DNA from: Andalucia godoyi And28
Lineage: Eukaryota; Protista; Jakobida
NCBI GenBank assembly: GCA_009859145.1
Contig: VRVR01000047.1
Location: 181,093 to 245,092 of the forward strand
Direction: 5' to 3'
Length of the DNA: 64,000 nucleotides
A model generated the notes under the pieces. It was not told the DNA's origin. It searched no databases and worked only from the letters and a program-made list of their open reading frames with translations. Position 1 is the stretch's first letter. Each line of letters opens with the position of its first letter. Shown in pieces: positions 43,632 through 55,899 of the stretch. The position numbers were made by a program, and so were the translations under genes.

Positions 43632-44465
43632 ATGAGTTCTCAATTACCGAATCCGGGAACAAGGTCTTCACGCTTCCTCTTTGGAGTTCTCGGAGCGACT
43701 GTTCTTGCACTGCCGGCGTTTGCGACTTATGAGAGATATCGCAGCGGCCTCTTGCATGGAAATCCGCAGCCCGAGGTTCCTGGATCACCAACAGCATTTA
43801 CCACAAAAGCGCTCGAGTATGGTGGAATGATGTTCCAACGGTTTCATCCTGTTCATAAGATCAACATGCATCTCTGCGGACTGCAGTGCGCTGCAGATGA
43901 CGCGTCGGAACAAGTCATAGTGCATCGCTTTTGCGCACAGGTGAACGAGGACTTGCGACAGTGCATCATCTTTGATTCGGGGCGGTTGGATGCGAAACTC
44001 ATTGGCATCGAGTACATCATATCGGAAAGACTGTTCAATGCGCTACCCGCTACCGAGCAACAACTGTGGCATTCTCATGCACACGAAGTTGCCTCGGGCA
44101 TGTTGGTTGGCAGTCATCTTCCCGAGTCGATTGAAAACTCCGTCGTGTCTCGACTGTCAACCACATACGGCAAGACGTTTCTGACGTGGCAGGTGCAAAA
44201 GGAAGACCCACTGCCCCTCGGAGTGCCTCGAATAATGCAAAGCTTTACTGCAGACGGACAGGTGCGTCAAGACCTGCTGGACCGCAGGGACCTTGTGGAA
44301 GGCTGCAACACTGCGGAAAAGCGCGGCCGTCGTGAGCGTCTGGATATTCCAAAGAGTGCGCCGAAGCATCCTGAAGCAGACGCACTGTGGCACGGTAGAT
44401 TGCTCGAGCTGTCAGTAGCATCCAAAACGGGTGATCTGTCCCCGGATCCGGATCGGAAACGTTAA
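43632..44465 (+). CDS. DUF1264 / oil-body-associated protein (OBAP) family
   Basis: 'HRFCAQVNEDLRQCIIFDS...AKLIGIEYIISERLF..LP..EQQLWHSHAHEVASGML' and 'TYGKTFLTWQ'. Confidence 0.9.
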   Translation: MSSQLPNPGTRSSRFLFGVLGATVLALPAFATYERYRSGLLHGNPQPEVPGSPTAFTTKALEYGGMMFQRFHPVHKINMHLCGLQCAADDASEQVIVHRFCAQVNEDLRQCIIFDSGRLDAKLIGIEYIISERLFNALPATEQQLWHSHAHEVASGMLVGSHLPESIENSVVSRLSTTYGKTFLTWQVQKEDPLPLGVPRIMQSFTADGQVRQDLLDRRDLVEGCNTAEKRGRRERLDIPKSAPKHPEADALWHGRLLELSVASKTGDLSPDPDRKR

Positions 44466-44566
44466 ATCAGGCCATCAACCCATCATCCCCGCCATTTCTT
44501 CTTGCTCGATTGTCCGAAGCATCGTCGGGAATTCTTCTTGTTTTGGACATTCGAGGAGCCGGTCAC

Positions 44567-44616
44567 CACTTGGACAAAACACTTGGACGAAACACTTGGA
44601 CAAAACACTTGGTCAA
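44567..44616 (+). repeat. 13-bp tandem repeat (CACTTGGACAAAA) x about 3.8
   Basis: Units at 44567, 44580 (one mismatch), 44593 and 44606 (partial); about 125 nt upstream of the giant Cys-rich gene. Confidence 0.93.
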
Positions 44617-44741
44617 TGCTGGTCCTTCTTCAGAAAGCCCATTGCTTTGCGCAATCTCGTTCACTTTACAGAGTGCACCACACCAGGTGTTTTCCCACAC
44701 GGATTCCAACATCAGTTCTCACAACGCCCTTATTCTCCATC

Positions 44742-47700
44742 ATGCGACACAACAACCATCATTCCTGTATTTTCCTCTTATTGCTGTTGATCGTGCAGTG
44801 CCTGCCGAGTCCAGCACTGGGGTGCAACGTAGGAGAGTACCCCGATTCGGGGACTCTGCAGTGCGAACCGTGTCCCGCGGGATACTACTGCCCGGATCCA
44901 AGCAGCCAGCCGAGCGCATGCAGCGCAGGAACGTATCAGCCGCTGCTGAACCAGACGTCGTCAGCAAACTGTACAAGCTGCCCTGCGGGGACTTTCTCGC
45001 CGTCTGCGGGCAGCGCGGTCTGCCAGTCTTGTTCGCCTGGGTCGTACTCGACCGGAGGAACATCGTCGTGCGCGCAGTGTGCAGCTGGAAAGTACCAGCC
45101 GTACTACGGACAGACATCGAGTGCAAGCTGTCTGGCGTGCGTCTCGCCGGCATACACGGATGCCGCGGGGGCAGCGCGCTGTGCTACGGTGCAGCCGGGG
45201 TACCGGTTTTCGTCGGTGTCCACGAGTCCGGTCGCGTGTTCTGCGGGGCAGTATCAGCCGCAGTATGGGCAGACGGGCTGCGTGCCGTGCCCTGTCGGAT
45301 CGTACTCCACGGGGAGCGGGTGGGCGTCGTGCCTCCCGTGCGCAGCGGGAAAGGCGTCGGTGGGCGGCCTGGGCTCGTGCGCCGACTGCGTGGCCGGCAC
45401 GTTTTCTGCGAACGGCAGTGCGGCTTGCACGAACTGTCCGGCAGGGACGTACTCGGCAGGCGGCGCGTCGACGTGCACTGCGTGTGCGCCGGGGACGTAC
45501 TCCGCGGCCGGGGCGTCCGGGTGCACTGCGTGCGCCGCGGGGTTCCAGTGTGCGTCGCCCGCGGCCCCGGTTGCGTGCAACACCGGGGAGTACGCGCCGG
45601 GGGGTGCGACGGCATGCACGGTGTGCGAAGCGGGGTACGCGTGCCCGACGACGACGGCGCATGTGGCGTGCAGCCCGACGTCGGAGTACTCGGCGGCAGG
45701 AGCGACGGCGTGCGCGCCGTGTCCTGCGGGGTACCGGTGTCCGTCGGTGTCGTCTGCCCCGGTGGTGTGCGGCGCAGGGTCGTACGCGCTGCTGGGGTCC
45801 GGGACGTGCACGGTGTGTGCCGCCGGGTACGAGTGTGTCGTGCCGTGGGCGGATGCAGTGGCGTGTGCGACGGGGTACTACTCTCTTGGGGGAGGGTCGG
45901 GGACGCCGCGCTGCACGCTGTGTCCTGCGGGGAGCCAGTGTGCGACGACGTCGGCAGCACCGGCGAGCTGCGCTGCAGGCCAGTATGCGCGTGCCGGATC
46001 GACGGCGTGCACGACGTGTCCTGCGGGGCACCGGTGTCCGGTGGGCAGTGCCGCGCCGATCCCGTGCGAGAGCGGGACGTTCCGGAGCGGGACGGGGCAG
46101 GCGACGTGCGCGGCGTGCACGGCAGGGAACATCTGCCCGAACGCCGCGTCGACTGCGGTGGTGGCGTGTGCAGCAAACATGTATGCGCTGGGCGGGGCGA
46201 GTCGGTGCATGGCGTGTCCGGCGGGGTATGCGTGCCCCAATCGCGTCGGCACGTCGATCACGCAGTGTGCGGCCGGGTGGTATGCGGATGCGAATGCGGC
46301 AACGTGCACGCAGTGTCCCGCGGGGAGCTACTGTCCGTTCCGGGACGCATCGGTAGTGATCCAGTGTCCGCCGGGGACGTATTCGGTGGCGGGGTCGTCG
46401 AGGTGCACGCAGTGTCCCGCGGGCAGCTACTGTGCGGCGGGGTCGTCGACGTTCCCGACGTGCTCCAGCGGTTCGTATTCTCTTGCGGGGTCGAGCAGCT
46501 GCACGAGCTGTCCTGCCGGGTATCGGTGCCCGTCGACGACGTCTGACTACAAGGTGGCGTGTGCAGCGGGGACGTATGCAACGGGCGGGGCGACGGTGTG
46601 CTCGGCTTGCGCGGCCGGGTCGAGCTGTCCGCAGACGTCGAGCTCGACGTCCTCGGCGTGCACAGCGGGGACGTACTCCACGGGCTCGCAGGCGTACTGC
46701 ACGGTGTGCCCGGCGGGGTTTATGTGCCCGAGCGTGCTGGGGACGGGGATCGTGAAGTGTGCGAGCGGCCAGTACTCGATTGGCGCGGCGGCGGCGTGCA
46801 CGGCTGCGACGGCGGGGTTCATGGTTCCGGACGGGATGCAGGACAGGCCGCCCGTGCCGTGCCCGGTGGGGACGTACACGGCGGTGTCGGGCCAGAGCGC
46901 GTGCACGGTGTGTCCCGCGGGCTCGTCGTGCGCGAACCCGGCGGTTGCGCCGGTGCAGTGCGGGGCGGGGACGTACTCGGAGGAGGGATGGGACGTGTGC
47001 CGGGACTGTGAGGCGGGGTGGCTGTGCCCGGCGGGGTCGACGAGCCGGACGCCGGTCAACGCGCTGTGTCCTGCGGGGTCGTACTGTCCGACGGGCACTG
47101 CGAGTGCGGTGGCATGCGGGGCGGGGTCGTACCGCGGAGCGAGTGGTGGTCGCAGCGGGGCGGACTGCGCGCCATGCCCGGCCGGGTACTACTGCGCGGG
47201 GGCGACGGTGACGCCGGCGATCTGCCCGGCGGGCAGTTACTGTCCCGCAGGCTCTCCGGCTGCCAAGGCGTGCGACACGGGGCTGTACAATCCGAGCACG
47301 GGGGCGTTTTCGAAGGCGTCGTGCCTGATTTGTCCCGAGGGGTATGCGTGTGCCGCCGCGGCGACGTCTGGCACGGCGACGGCGTGTCCGGTGGGGTTCT
47401 ACTGCCCCGCGGGGACGATGGGCGCGACGCAGTTTCCGTGCCCGGCGGGGACGTACCAGCCGAGCACGAACCAGGTGTCGAATGCGTCGTGTCTTGTGTG
47501 TCCTGCGGGGTCGTACTGCCCGGCGGGGTCGAGCGCGGCGGTGCCGTGCAGTGCGGGGCGGTGGTCGGGCCTGCAGGGGCTGCACGCGGCGTACCAGTGC
47601 CAGCTGTGTCCGCCGGGGTGGGCGTGCCCGGTGGCGGGGCTGCAGGTGTCGACGACGTACACGTGTGCGAAGGGGCACTACTGTCCCGAGGGGACGAGCA

Positions 47701-50700
47701 ATGCGACGGCGCTGCCGTGTCCGTCGGGGACGTTTACGGACCGCACGAACCTGAGCAGAGCAGGGGAGTGCAACGTGTGTCTGTGGGGGAAGTACTGCCC
47801 GCTGCGGTCGTCCAGCCCGCTGCCGTCGTGCCAGCCGGGATACTACTGCCCGGGCGTCGATCCGGCGTCGGACACGCGGCTGGAGGGGTATGTGGAGCGG
47901 TATGCAATGTTCCCGAACCAGTATGCGTGCAGAGCGGGGACGTATTCGGCGTCGTCGAGTCTGTACGACGCGTCGCAGTGCAGCGGCTGTCCGCCGGGCT
48001 CGTACTGCACGGAGGGGCAGGCGGCGCCGACGGGCACGTGTCCTGCGGGGTACTACTGCCCGGCGAACACGACGTCGGCGACGCAGTTTGCGTGCGCGGC
48101 CGGCACATGGTCGGCGTCGACGGGCTTGTCTGCGCAGGCGCAGTGCAGTCCGTGCCCGGCTGGAAACTACTGTCCGGGTCTTGGCTCGCCGTCGATCGTG
48201 CAGTGCGAGGCAGGGACATACAACGACGCGGCGAACGGCACGGATGCGGCGATTTGCAGGACGTGTCCGGCGGGGAACATGTGCCCGACGATGTGCTCGG
48301 GGCCGCTGGCGTGTGCGGCGGGGCAGTATTCTGCGGCGGGTGCGGCGTCGTGCACGGCGTGTCCGGCAGGGTCGTTCTGTGCGGCAGCAAACACAACGGC
48401 GAGTGCGCTGACGGCGGGCAATGCGTGTCCAGCGGGGCTGTTCTGCCCTGCGTCGACGTCCGTGGTGCCGTCGTCGCCGGCGTTTGACTGCGGCACGGGG
48501 ACGTACTGTCCGGCGGGGTCGTCTGTGCGCCGCAGCTGCAGTCCGGGGTCGTACAACCCGTCGACGACGGTTGCGTCCCAGGAGGGGTGCCTGCCGTGCC
48601 CGGCGGGGAGCTACTGCCTGGAGGGGGCGTCGGCGCCCAGCGGGGTGTGCAGCGCGGGGTACTACTGCGTGCAGAACTCGACGTCGCCGGCGCAGACGCC
48701 GTGTCCTGGGGGCACGTACCGAGCGACGACGGGGGCGGCGGCGCTGGGGGACTGTGCGGCGTGTCCGGCGGGGAGCTACTGCCCGTCGGCGAGCGTGAGT
48801 CCGGCGACGTGTCCGGCGGGTGCGTATTGCGACCCGGGGTCGGCGGCGCCGACGCTGTGTCCTGCGTCGCGGTATGGGAATCTGACGGGGAACCGGAATG
48901 TGAGTGCGTGCGCGCTGTGCGATGCGGGGTGGTTCTGCGACACACCGGGGCTGACGGTGCCGCGGGGGCTGTGCGATCCGGGGTTCTACTGCTTGATTGG
49001 GTCGTCGGTGTCGAACCCGTCGGACATGGCGTGTCCGCCTGGCGGGTACTGCCCGCAGGGGACGGACTATCCGCGGCCGTGCGCAGCAGGGACGTTCAAC
49101 AACTTCTCGGGGGCACAGACGCAGGAGGACTGTGCGACGTGCACGCCGGGGTACTACTGCGCGGGGTCGTCGAATCCGGAGCCGACGGGCCCGTGTTCGC
49201 CGGGGTACTACTGCACGGGGGGTGCGGTGTCGCCGAACCAGTTCGAGGCGCCCCCGGGGACGTACACGACGTACGGGGCGTCTGGACCGACTCCGTGCCC
49301 GCCGGGGACGTTCAATCCGATGTATCGGCAGGCTGCGTGCCCTGCGTGTCCGGAGGGGTTCGTGTGTCCGTTCGCGAACAGCAGCCTGCTGGTTGACTGC
49401 CCGATCGGGTTCTACTGCCTGAACGGGTCGTTCGCGCCAAGCGCGTGTCCGCGGGGGACGTACCAGCCGAAGGAGAATGCGGTGTCCCTGGCGGACTGCC
49501 TGCCGTGTCCCGGTGGCCAGTACTGCTCGGAGAACTCGCTTGTGGCGCCGAGCGGCAACTGCTCCGCGGGGTACTACTGCGCGGGGGGAGCGATGCGCGA
49601 TCGGCAGGCCGACTGCCCGGTGGGGCACTACTGTCCGCGGCAGTCGAGTGCGCCGCTGGCGTGTCCGAGGGGGACGTTTTCGAATGCGCTGCTGCGGACG
49701 CAGCTGTCGGACTGCGTGGATGCGCCCGCGGGGATGTTTGTCAATGTGACGGGTGCGCATGCGGTGTCCGGGGTGTGTGGGGCCGGGTACTACTGCACGC
49801 TGCGCGCGGTGTCGAGCACGCCGACGAATGCGTCGGAGGGTGGTGGCCAGTGTCCGCCGGGGCACTTCTGCGTTGCCGGCTCGAGCACGGCGGTCGGGTG
49901 CGAGGACGGGTCGTACCAGAGCGGGTCTGGGGCCAGCAGCTGCGCGTCGTGCCCGGGGGGCTTCTACTGCGTCGCGTCGTGCAGCAGCCCGGTGGCGTGT
50001 CCGGCAGGATACTACTGTCCGCCGGGCACGGGCTACGGATGGAGGGCGTGTCCCGTGGGCACGTTTTCGAACCGCAGCGGCCTGAACAGCAGCAGCGAGT
50101 GCTCGCTGTGCGCGGGGGGCTACTTCTGCGACGAGGTTGCGCAGACGGCGTCGGTGCGCGCGTGCACGGAGGGGTTCTTCTGCCGGGCCGGGGCCGTGTC
50201 TGCGGTGGGTGCGGTCGCGTCGATTGCGGGGGCCTCCGGAGGGGTGTGTCCTGCGGGCCACTACTGCCCGGCGGGGTCTGCGGATCCGACGCCGTGTCCC
50301 GGCGGGTCGTACAACCCGAACACGGGCTCGACGAACAGGACGTCGTGCGTGCCGTGCTTGCGGGGGCAGTACTGCGCGGGCGCTGGGCTGTCTGCGCCGA
50401 CGGGAGACTGTGCGGGCGGGTACTTGTGCCTCGGGGGTGCGTCGGTTGCGAGCCCGGTGGACAACGTGACGGGGATGGCGTGTCCGACGGGGCACCGGTG
50501 CGCAGCAGGGGCTGTTGCCGCGACCCCGTGCGCTGCGGGGACGTACCAGGATGCCGCGGGGTCGTCCGTGTGCAAGCTGTGTCCGGCGGGCTATTTCTGC
50601 GGCGACTCGACGACGACGCCGTCCGGGTGCCTGCCGGGGTACTACTGCCCGAGCGGAACGCGGTCAGCGACGGAGTCCGCGTGCCTGGCGGGGACGTTTA

Positions 50701-51389
50701 ATCCGGCGTCGCACGGGACGTCGAATGCGTCGTGCGTGCCGTGCACAGCGGGGTCGTACTGCGCGGGGCTGGCGAATGCTGCGGTGTCGGGTGTGTGTGC
50801 CGCGGGCTACTACTGTCCGTCGGGCTCCGTGGCGGAGAAGCAGACGATTTGCAGCAGAGGATACTACTGTCCCGCGGGCGCGCCGGCGATGGTGCCGTGT
50901 GTCGGGACGTACTGCGCATCGACGGGTCTCTCGGCTCCGAGCGGGCCGTGTGCGGCGGGGTGGTTTTGCGCGAGCGCGGCTGTGACGTCGACGCCGACGG
51001 ATGGGACGACGGGCAGCATTTGTCCTGTGGGTCACTACTGCCCGTCGGGGTCCTCGAGCCCGTCGCCGTGCCCCGCGGGGAACTTTTCGGCGTCCACGGG
51101 GCTTGCGTCTGCGGACCAGTGTTCTGCGTGCCGGCCTGGGCACTACTGTGCGACGTCGGGTCTTGGGGCGCCGACGGGCTTGTGTGGTGCGGGGTTTTAC
51201 TGCCCGTCGGGCGCCGTGCAGCAGAGCCCGCCTGGCCTGGAGTGTCCCGTTGGATACTATTGTCCTGCGGGGTCTGCAGCTCCGGTGGTCTGTGCGCCGG
51301 GGACGTTCACCAACACCACGCAGCAGGCGGTCTGCCAGCCGTGTCCACCGGGATCGTTCTGCCACAACCCTGTTTGGGAGGTGCTCTAG
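44742..51389 (+). CDS. Giant secreted cysteine-rich repeat protein (GCC2/GCC3, ephrin-receptor-like / TNFR-like repeats), 2215 aa
   Basis: Signal peptide MRHNNHHSCIFLLLLLIVQCLPSPALG; dozens of C-P-x-G-x-Y-C repeats; many N-x-S/T sequons; no C-terminal TM or GPI segment. Confidence 0.92.
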   Translation: MRHNNHHSCIFLLLLLIVQCLPSPALGCNVGEYPDSGTLQCEPCPAGYYCPDPSSQPSACSAGTYQPLLNQTSSANCTSCPAGTFSPSAGSAVCQSCSPGSYSTGGTSSCAQCAAGKYQPYYGQTSSASCLACVSPAYTDAAGAARCATVQPGYRFSSVSTSPVACSAGQYQPQYGQTGCVPCPVGSYSTGSGWASCLPCAAGKASVGGLGSCADCVAGTFSANGSAACTNCPAGTYSAGGASTCTACAPGTYSAAGASGCTACAAGFQCASPAAPVACNTGEYAPGGATACTVCEAGYACPTTTAHVACSPTSEYSAAGATACAPCPAGYRCPSVSSAPVVCGAGSYALLGSGTCTVCAAGYECVVPWADAVACATGYYSLGGGSGTPRCTLCPAGSQCATTSAAPASCAAGQYARAGSTACTTCPAGHRCPVGSAAPIPCESGTFRSGTGQATCAACTAGNICPNAASTAVVACAANMYALGGASRCMACPAGYACPNRVGTSITQCAAGWYADANAATCTQCPAGSYCPFRDASVVIQCPPGTYSVAGSSRCTQCPAGSYCAAGSSTFPTCSSGSYSLAGSSSCTSCPAGYRCPSTTSDYKVACAAGTYATGGATVCSACAAGSSCPQTSSSTSSACTAGTYSTGSQAYCTVCPAGFMCPSVLGTGIVKCASGQYSIGAAAACTAATAGFMVPDGMQDRPPVPCPVGTYTAVSGQSACTVCPAGSSCANPAVAPVQCGAGTYSEEGWDVCRDCEAGWLCPAGSTSRTPVNALCPAGSYCPTGTASAVACGAGSYRGASGGRSGADCAPCPAGYYCAGATVTPAICPAGSYCPAGSPAAKACDTGLYNPSTGAFSKASCLICPEGYACAAAATSGTATACPVGFYCPAGTMGATQFPCPAGTYQPSTNQVSNASCLVCPAGSYCPAGSSAAVPCSAGRWSGLQGLHAAYQCQLCPPGWACPVAGLQVSTTYTCAKGHYCPEGTSNATALPCPSGTFTDRTNLSRAGECNVCLWGKYCPLRSSSPLPSCQPGYYCPGVDPASDTRLEGYVERYAMFPNQYACRAGTYSASSSLYDASQCSGCPPGSYCTEGQAAPTGTCPAGYYCPANTTSATQFACAAGTWSASTGLSAQAQCSPCPAGNYCPGLGSPSIVQCEAGTYNDAANGTDAAICRTCPAGNMCPTMCSGPLACAAGQYSAAGAASCTACPAGSFCAAANTTASALTAGNACPAGLFCPASTSVVPSSPAFDCGTGTYCPAGSSVRRSCSPGSYNPSTTVASQEGCLPCPAGSYCLEGASAPSGVCSAGYYCVQNSTSPAQTPCPGGTYRATTGAAALGDCAACPAGSYCPSASVSPATCPAGAYCDPGSAAPTLCPASRYGNLTGNRNVSACALCDAGWFCDTPGLTVPRGLCDPGFYCLIGSSVSNPSDMACPPGGYCPQGTDYPRPCAAGTFNNFSGAQTQEDCATCTPGYYCAGSSNPEPTGPCSPGYYCTGGAVSPNQFEAPPGTYTTYGASGPTPCPPGTFNPMYRQAACPACPEGFVCPFANSSLLVDCPIGFYCLNGSFAPSACPRGTYQPKENAVSLADCLPCPGGQYCSENSLVAPSGNCSAGYYCAGGAMRDRQADCPVGHYCPRQSSAPLACPRGTFSNALLRTQLSDCVDAPAGMFVNVTGAHAVSGVCGAGYYCTLRAVSSTPTNASEGGGQCPPGHFCVAGSSTAVGCEDGSYQSGSGASSCASCPGGFYCVASCSSPVACPAGYYCPPGTGYGWRACPVGTFSNRSGLNSSSECSLCAGGYFCDEVAQTASVRACTEGFFCRAGAVSAVGAVASIAGASGGVCPAGHYCPAGSADPTPCPGGSYNPNTGSTNRTSCVPCLRGQYCAGAGLSAPTGDCAGGYLCLGGASVASPVDNVTGMACPTGHRCAAGAVAATPCAAGTYQDAAGSSVCKLCPAGYFCGDSTTTPSGCLPGYYCPSGTRSATESACLAGTFNPASHGTSNASCVPCTAGSYCAGLANAAVSGVCAAGYYCPSGSVAEKQTICSRGYYCPAGAPAMVPCVGTYCASTGLSAPSGPCAAGWFCASAAVTSTPTDGTTGSICPVGHYCPSGSSSPSPCPAGNFSASTGLASADQCSACRPGHYCATSGLGAPTGLCGAGFYCPSGAVQQSPPGLECPVGYYCPAGSAAPVVCAPGTFTNTTQQAVCQPCPPGSFCHNPVWEVL

Positions 51390-51404
51390 TGCTCTGGTGC
51401 TCTG
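51381..51404 (+). repeat. 8-bp tandem triplication GTGCTCT(A/G) spanning the stop codon of the giant gene
   Basis: gtgctcta-gtgctctg-gtgctctg read directly. Confidence 0.85.
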
Positions 51405-51501
51405 ATGCGTTGGTGCCAGCCGGTTTCGTCTTACACCTCGAGAAGCGGCGCCGAATCGTGACGTATATGCAGCAAAACAACACTCAGTACCGTGATCTGG
51501 G

Positions 51502-52413
51502 CTAGATCAAGGGTTTCATTTTAAGAAGGGTTTCAGTGTCTTCATTTGACAAAATGATTCCAGTATTTTGGAAGTGGTCCCACTGCAGACAACCCAGATG
51601 CGGGTCATATACTTTAGCGATGATCGATTCTGAACCTCTGTAGAAGAACCCTGCAAATTCAGCGAATTGAGAAGACTGTGTGCTCCATTGGACGGCGTTG
51701 TGCATAACATCCTCGACGTTCGCAAGGACGTCGTCCACGAACACAACACGTCGTATGTGCGCGAAGGAATCAGTATGATGTTGCAAAAGAGCCGTAAGTG
51801 CTTCTCCTTTTGAGTTTAGATCGTTGATGAACAAGATGCCACTCTGCAGCCGAGCAGGTTGCCGACTCAGCTCCATGTCCAAAATTGGCAAGCAGTCCGC
51901 CCGCGATGGGTTGGTGATTGCGCAGGACTTCGCGAAGCACAGCCCAATGGAATTCACTTGTCGTATGGTGTCTACAGCAACAAACGGTTGTCGATGGGTG
52001 AATCCCATGACGATACAGCCTGATTCCTGGAGTTTGTGGATGCAGTCTACAGTCGAATCTTCGCAAGGCATCACCTGACACCTCGGTGCAAGACGCTTCC
52101 ACATCGGGTGTGTCGCAAGTTGCGCCTCGGCAAATGACAAGCCGGCGTTCTTCATGAACTCTGCGCGGACATCAGAAAAGTACTGGACAGTCGCCAAGGC
52201 CTGCTTTGGGATCATTACAGTATTGTCCAGATCAAGTAATACCAGCGTCTCCGCAGCCCCAACACAACTGCCACCACCACGACCCACCTCCGTCATTCGC
52301 ATACTGTCTGCATCTGCTTCAGCCGCTGTAAATTTCAACATATCCGAAAATGAAAAACACTCGGATATCGAATGCCTCATCCGCATTGTCGACAATTGCT
52401 CTTCAGGTAGCAT
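51502..52413 (-). CDS. DUF2608-family HAD-like hydrolase (bacterial type)
   Basis: HAD motif I 'LLDLDNTV', motif II 'GFTHR', 'SGILF...SKGEAL', motif IV 'VVFVDD'; overall pattern as in DUF2608. Confidence 0.72.
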   Translation of the reverse strand: MLPEEQLSTMRMRHSISECFSFSDMLKFTAAEADADSMRMTEVGRGGGSCVGAAETLVLLDLDNTVMIPKQALATVQYFSDVRAEFMKNAGLSFAEAQLATHPMWKRLAPRCQVMPCEDSTVDCIHKLQESGCIVMGFTHRQPFVAVDTIRQVNSIGLCFAKSCAITNPSRADCLPILDMELSRQPARLQSGILFINDLNSKGEALTALLQHHTDSFAHIRRVVFVDDVLANVEDVMHNAVQWSTQSSQFAEFAGFFYRGSESIIAKVYDPHLGCLQWDHFQNTGIILSNEDTETLLKMKPLI

Positions 52414-53325
52414 CTACCGTCTCTAATCCCAGGTCTGCAGAGAAATATGAACCGGCGAACATCAACCGAAAGTTCAGAGAAGCATAAAATGGCAAATCAA
52501 AGAACGCTAAAACTGAAAGGAAACGGGTTGCTTTTTGATCAAGTTCGACAGGCCATTGGTGACAAAGCAAGTGCCAGCCTTGGCATCCGTCGTACTGCAC
52601 GCATAAGCAAACCACATTTCCAGTTACTGTCCTCATAGCCCTGATTTACTCTACTCTACCGCACTCATCCGGACATTTCAGACAATACCATTCCGTCCGC
52701 CCTTTTTCATGCACGCCCAGTCCATCGTCATTCCGATATGCCCGTCCATGTCTTGATCGAGAGATTGGAATGGTGCGCGCAACATCGACGTAAAGAACGT
52801 TTCAACGCATTGGGGCCTAATCCCCTCTTTTCTAAATTGCAGTTACATTCGGTGTCGATGCAACGCTGAATGTGGATTGGTCAGCCAGGATTCCCCATGC
52901 TTTCGTGTACAATTTGTTTTTGTTTGTTTTGGACGAGGACGCATTCTTGCATGAACCATGATGCCGTACCGGCAATTGGGGGAATGGGGAATCGTGGGGT
53001 CGCGGCGGGGTTCTGTTGACGCAGTCGTGAAACATCCATAGAGACAGCTACCTGCGTTCAAAGTGAATACTTTTCTCTTGTGCGAGTGATTCATGAAGCC
53101 AGTAGTATCACATGCCGATTTGCAGAGCTCCCCTTCGCGGTCGTCTTTTTTCAACTTTTCAAATCGTCATCTCAGTCATCCCATCAACCGCAAAAAAACA
53201 TTCATCACAGTTATTATCATGGATCGACTCTGGCAATCGTCAGCCAGGATAAACTCTTTTTGCTTCCGGACTATGATGTCTGTGAACAGGAGAAAGGACC
53301 CCTGTGCACCAACCAAGAGAGCGCA

Positions 53326-55606
<2,281 letters not shown>

Positions 55607-55899
55607 TAATCCGCCAAAACTTGCATGTTTTATATTGGTTTTTCTTCTTTTTCTTTCTTTTCGGGACGCAAGGTCTCTCTGTTTTTGTTGTTTTTGTTGT
55701 TGTTGTTGTTGTTTTGTGGACTGTGGGAAAAGATTGTTGTCTTGGAGCGTATGCAGCACACCCAGGCACCCAGGATCATCACAACGACCACGGCATCAGC
55801 AGCATCAAAGCAGACACAGGCAGCAAGGAGAAGAACGGGTGCATAGAAATTGAACGACAACGGCTGCTAAGAAAATAGTTTTGAACAGAGGGGACTACG

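Noticed and set aside
44567-44616. CRISPR-like interpretation of the 13-bp repeat
   Set aside because: Units are contiguous with no spacers, are too short, and there are no cas genes in this eukaryotic context
44961-50495. 1844-aa antisense ORF and many shifted-frame ORFs over the giant gene
   Set aside because: Arg/Ala/Pro-rich shadows caused by high GC and NNG codon bias; no protein-like features
52420-53320. Short ORFs in the 0.9-kb gap between DUF2608 and ENT
   Set aside because: None exceeds about 100 codons or shows a motif; no structured RNA recognised by eye
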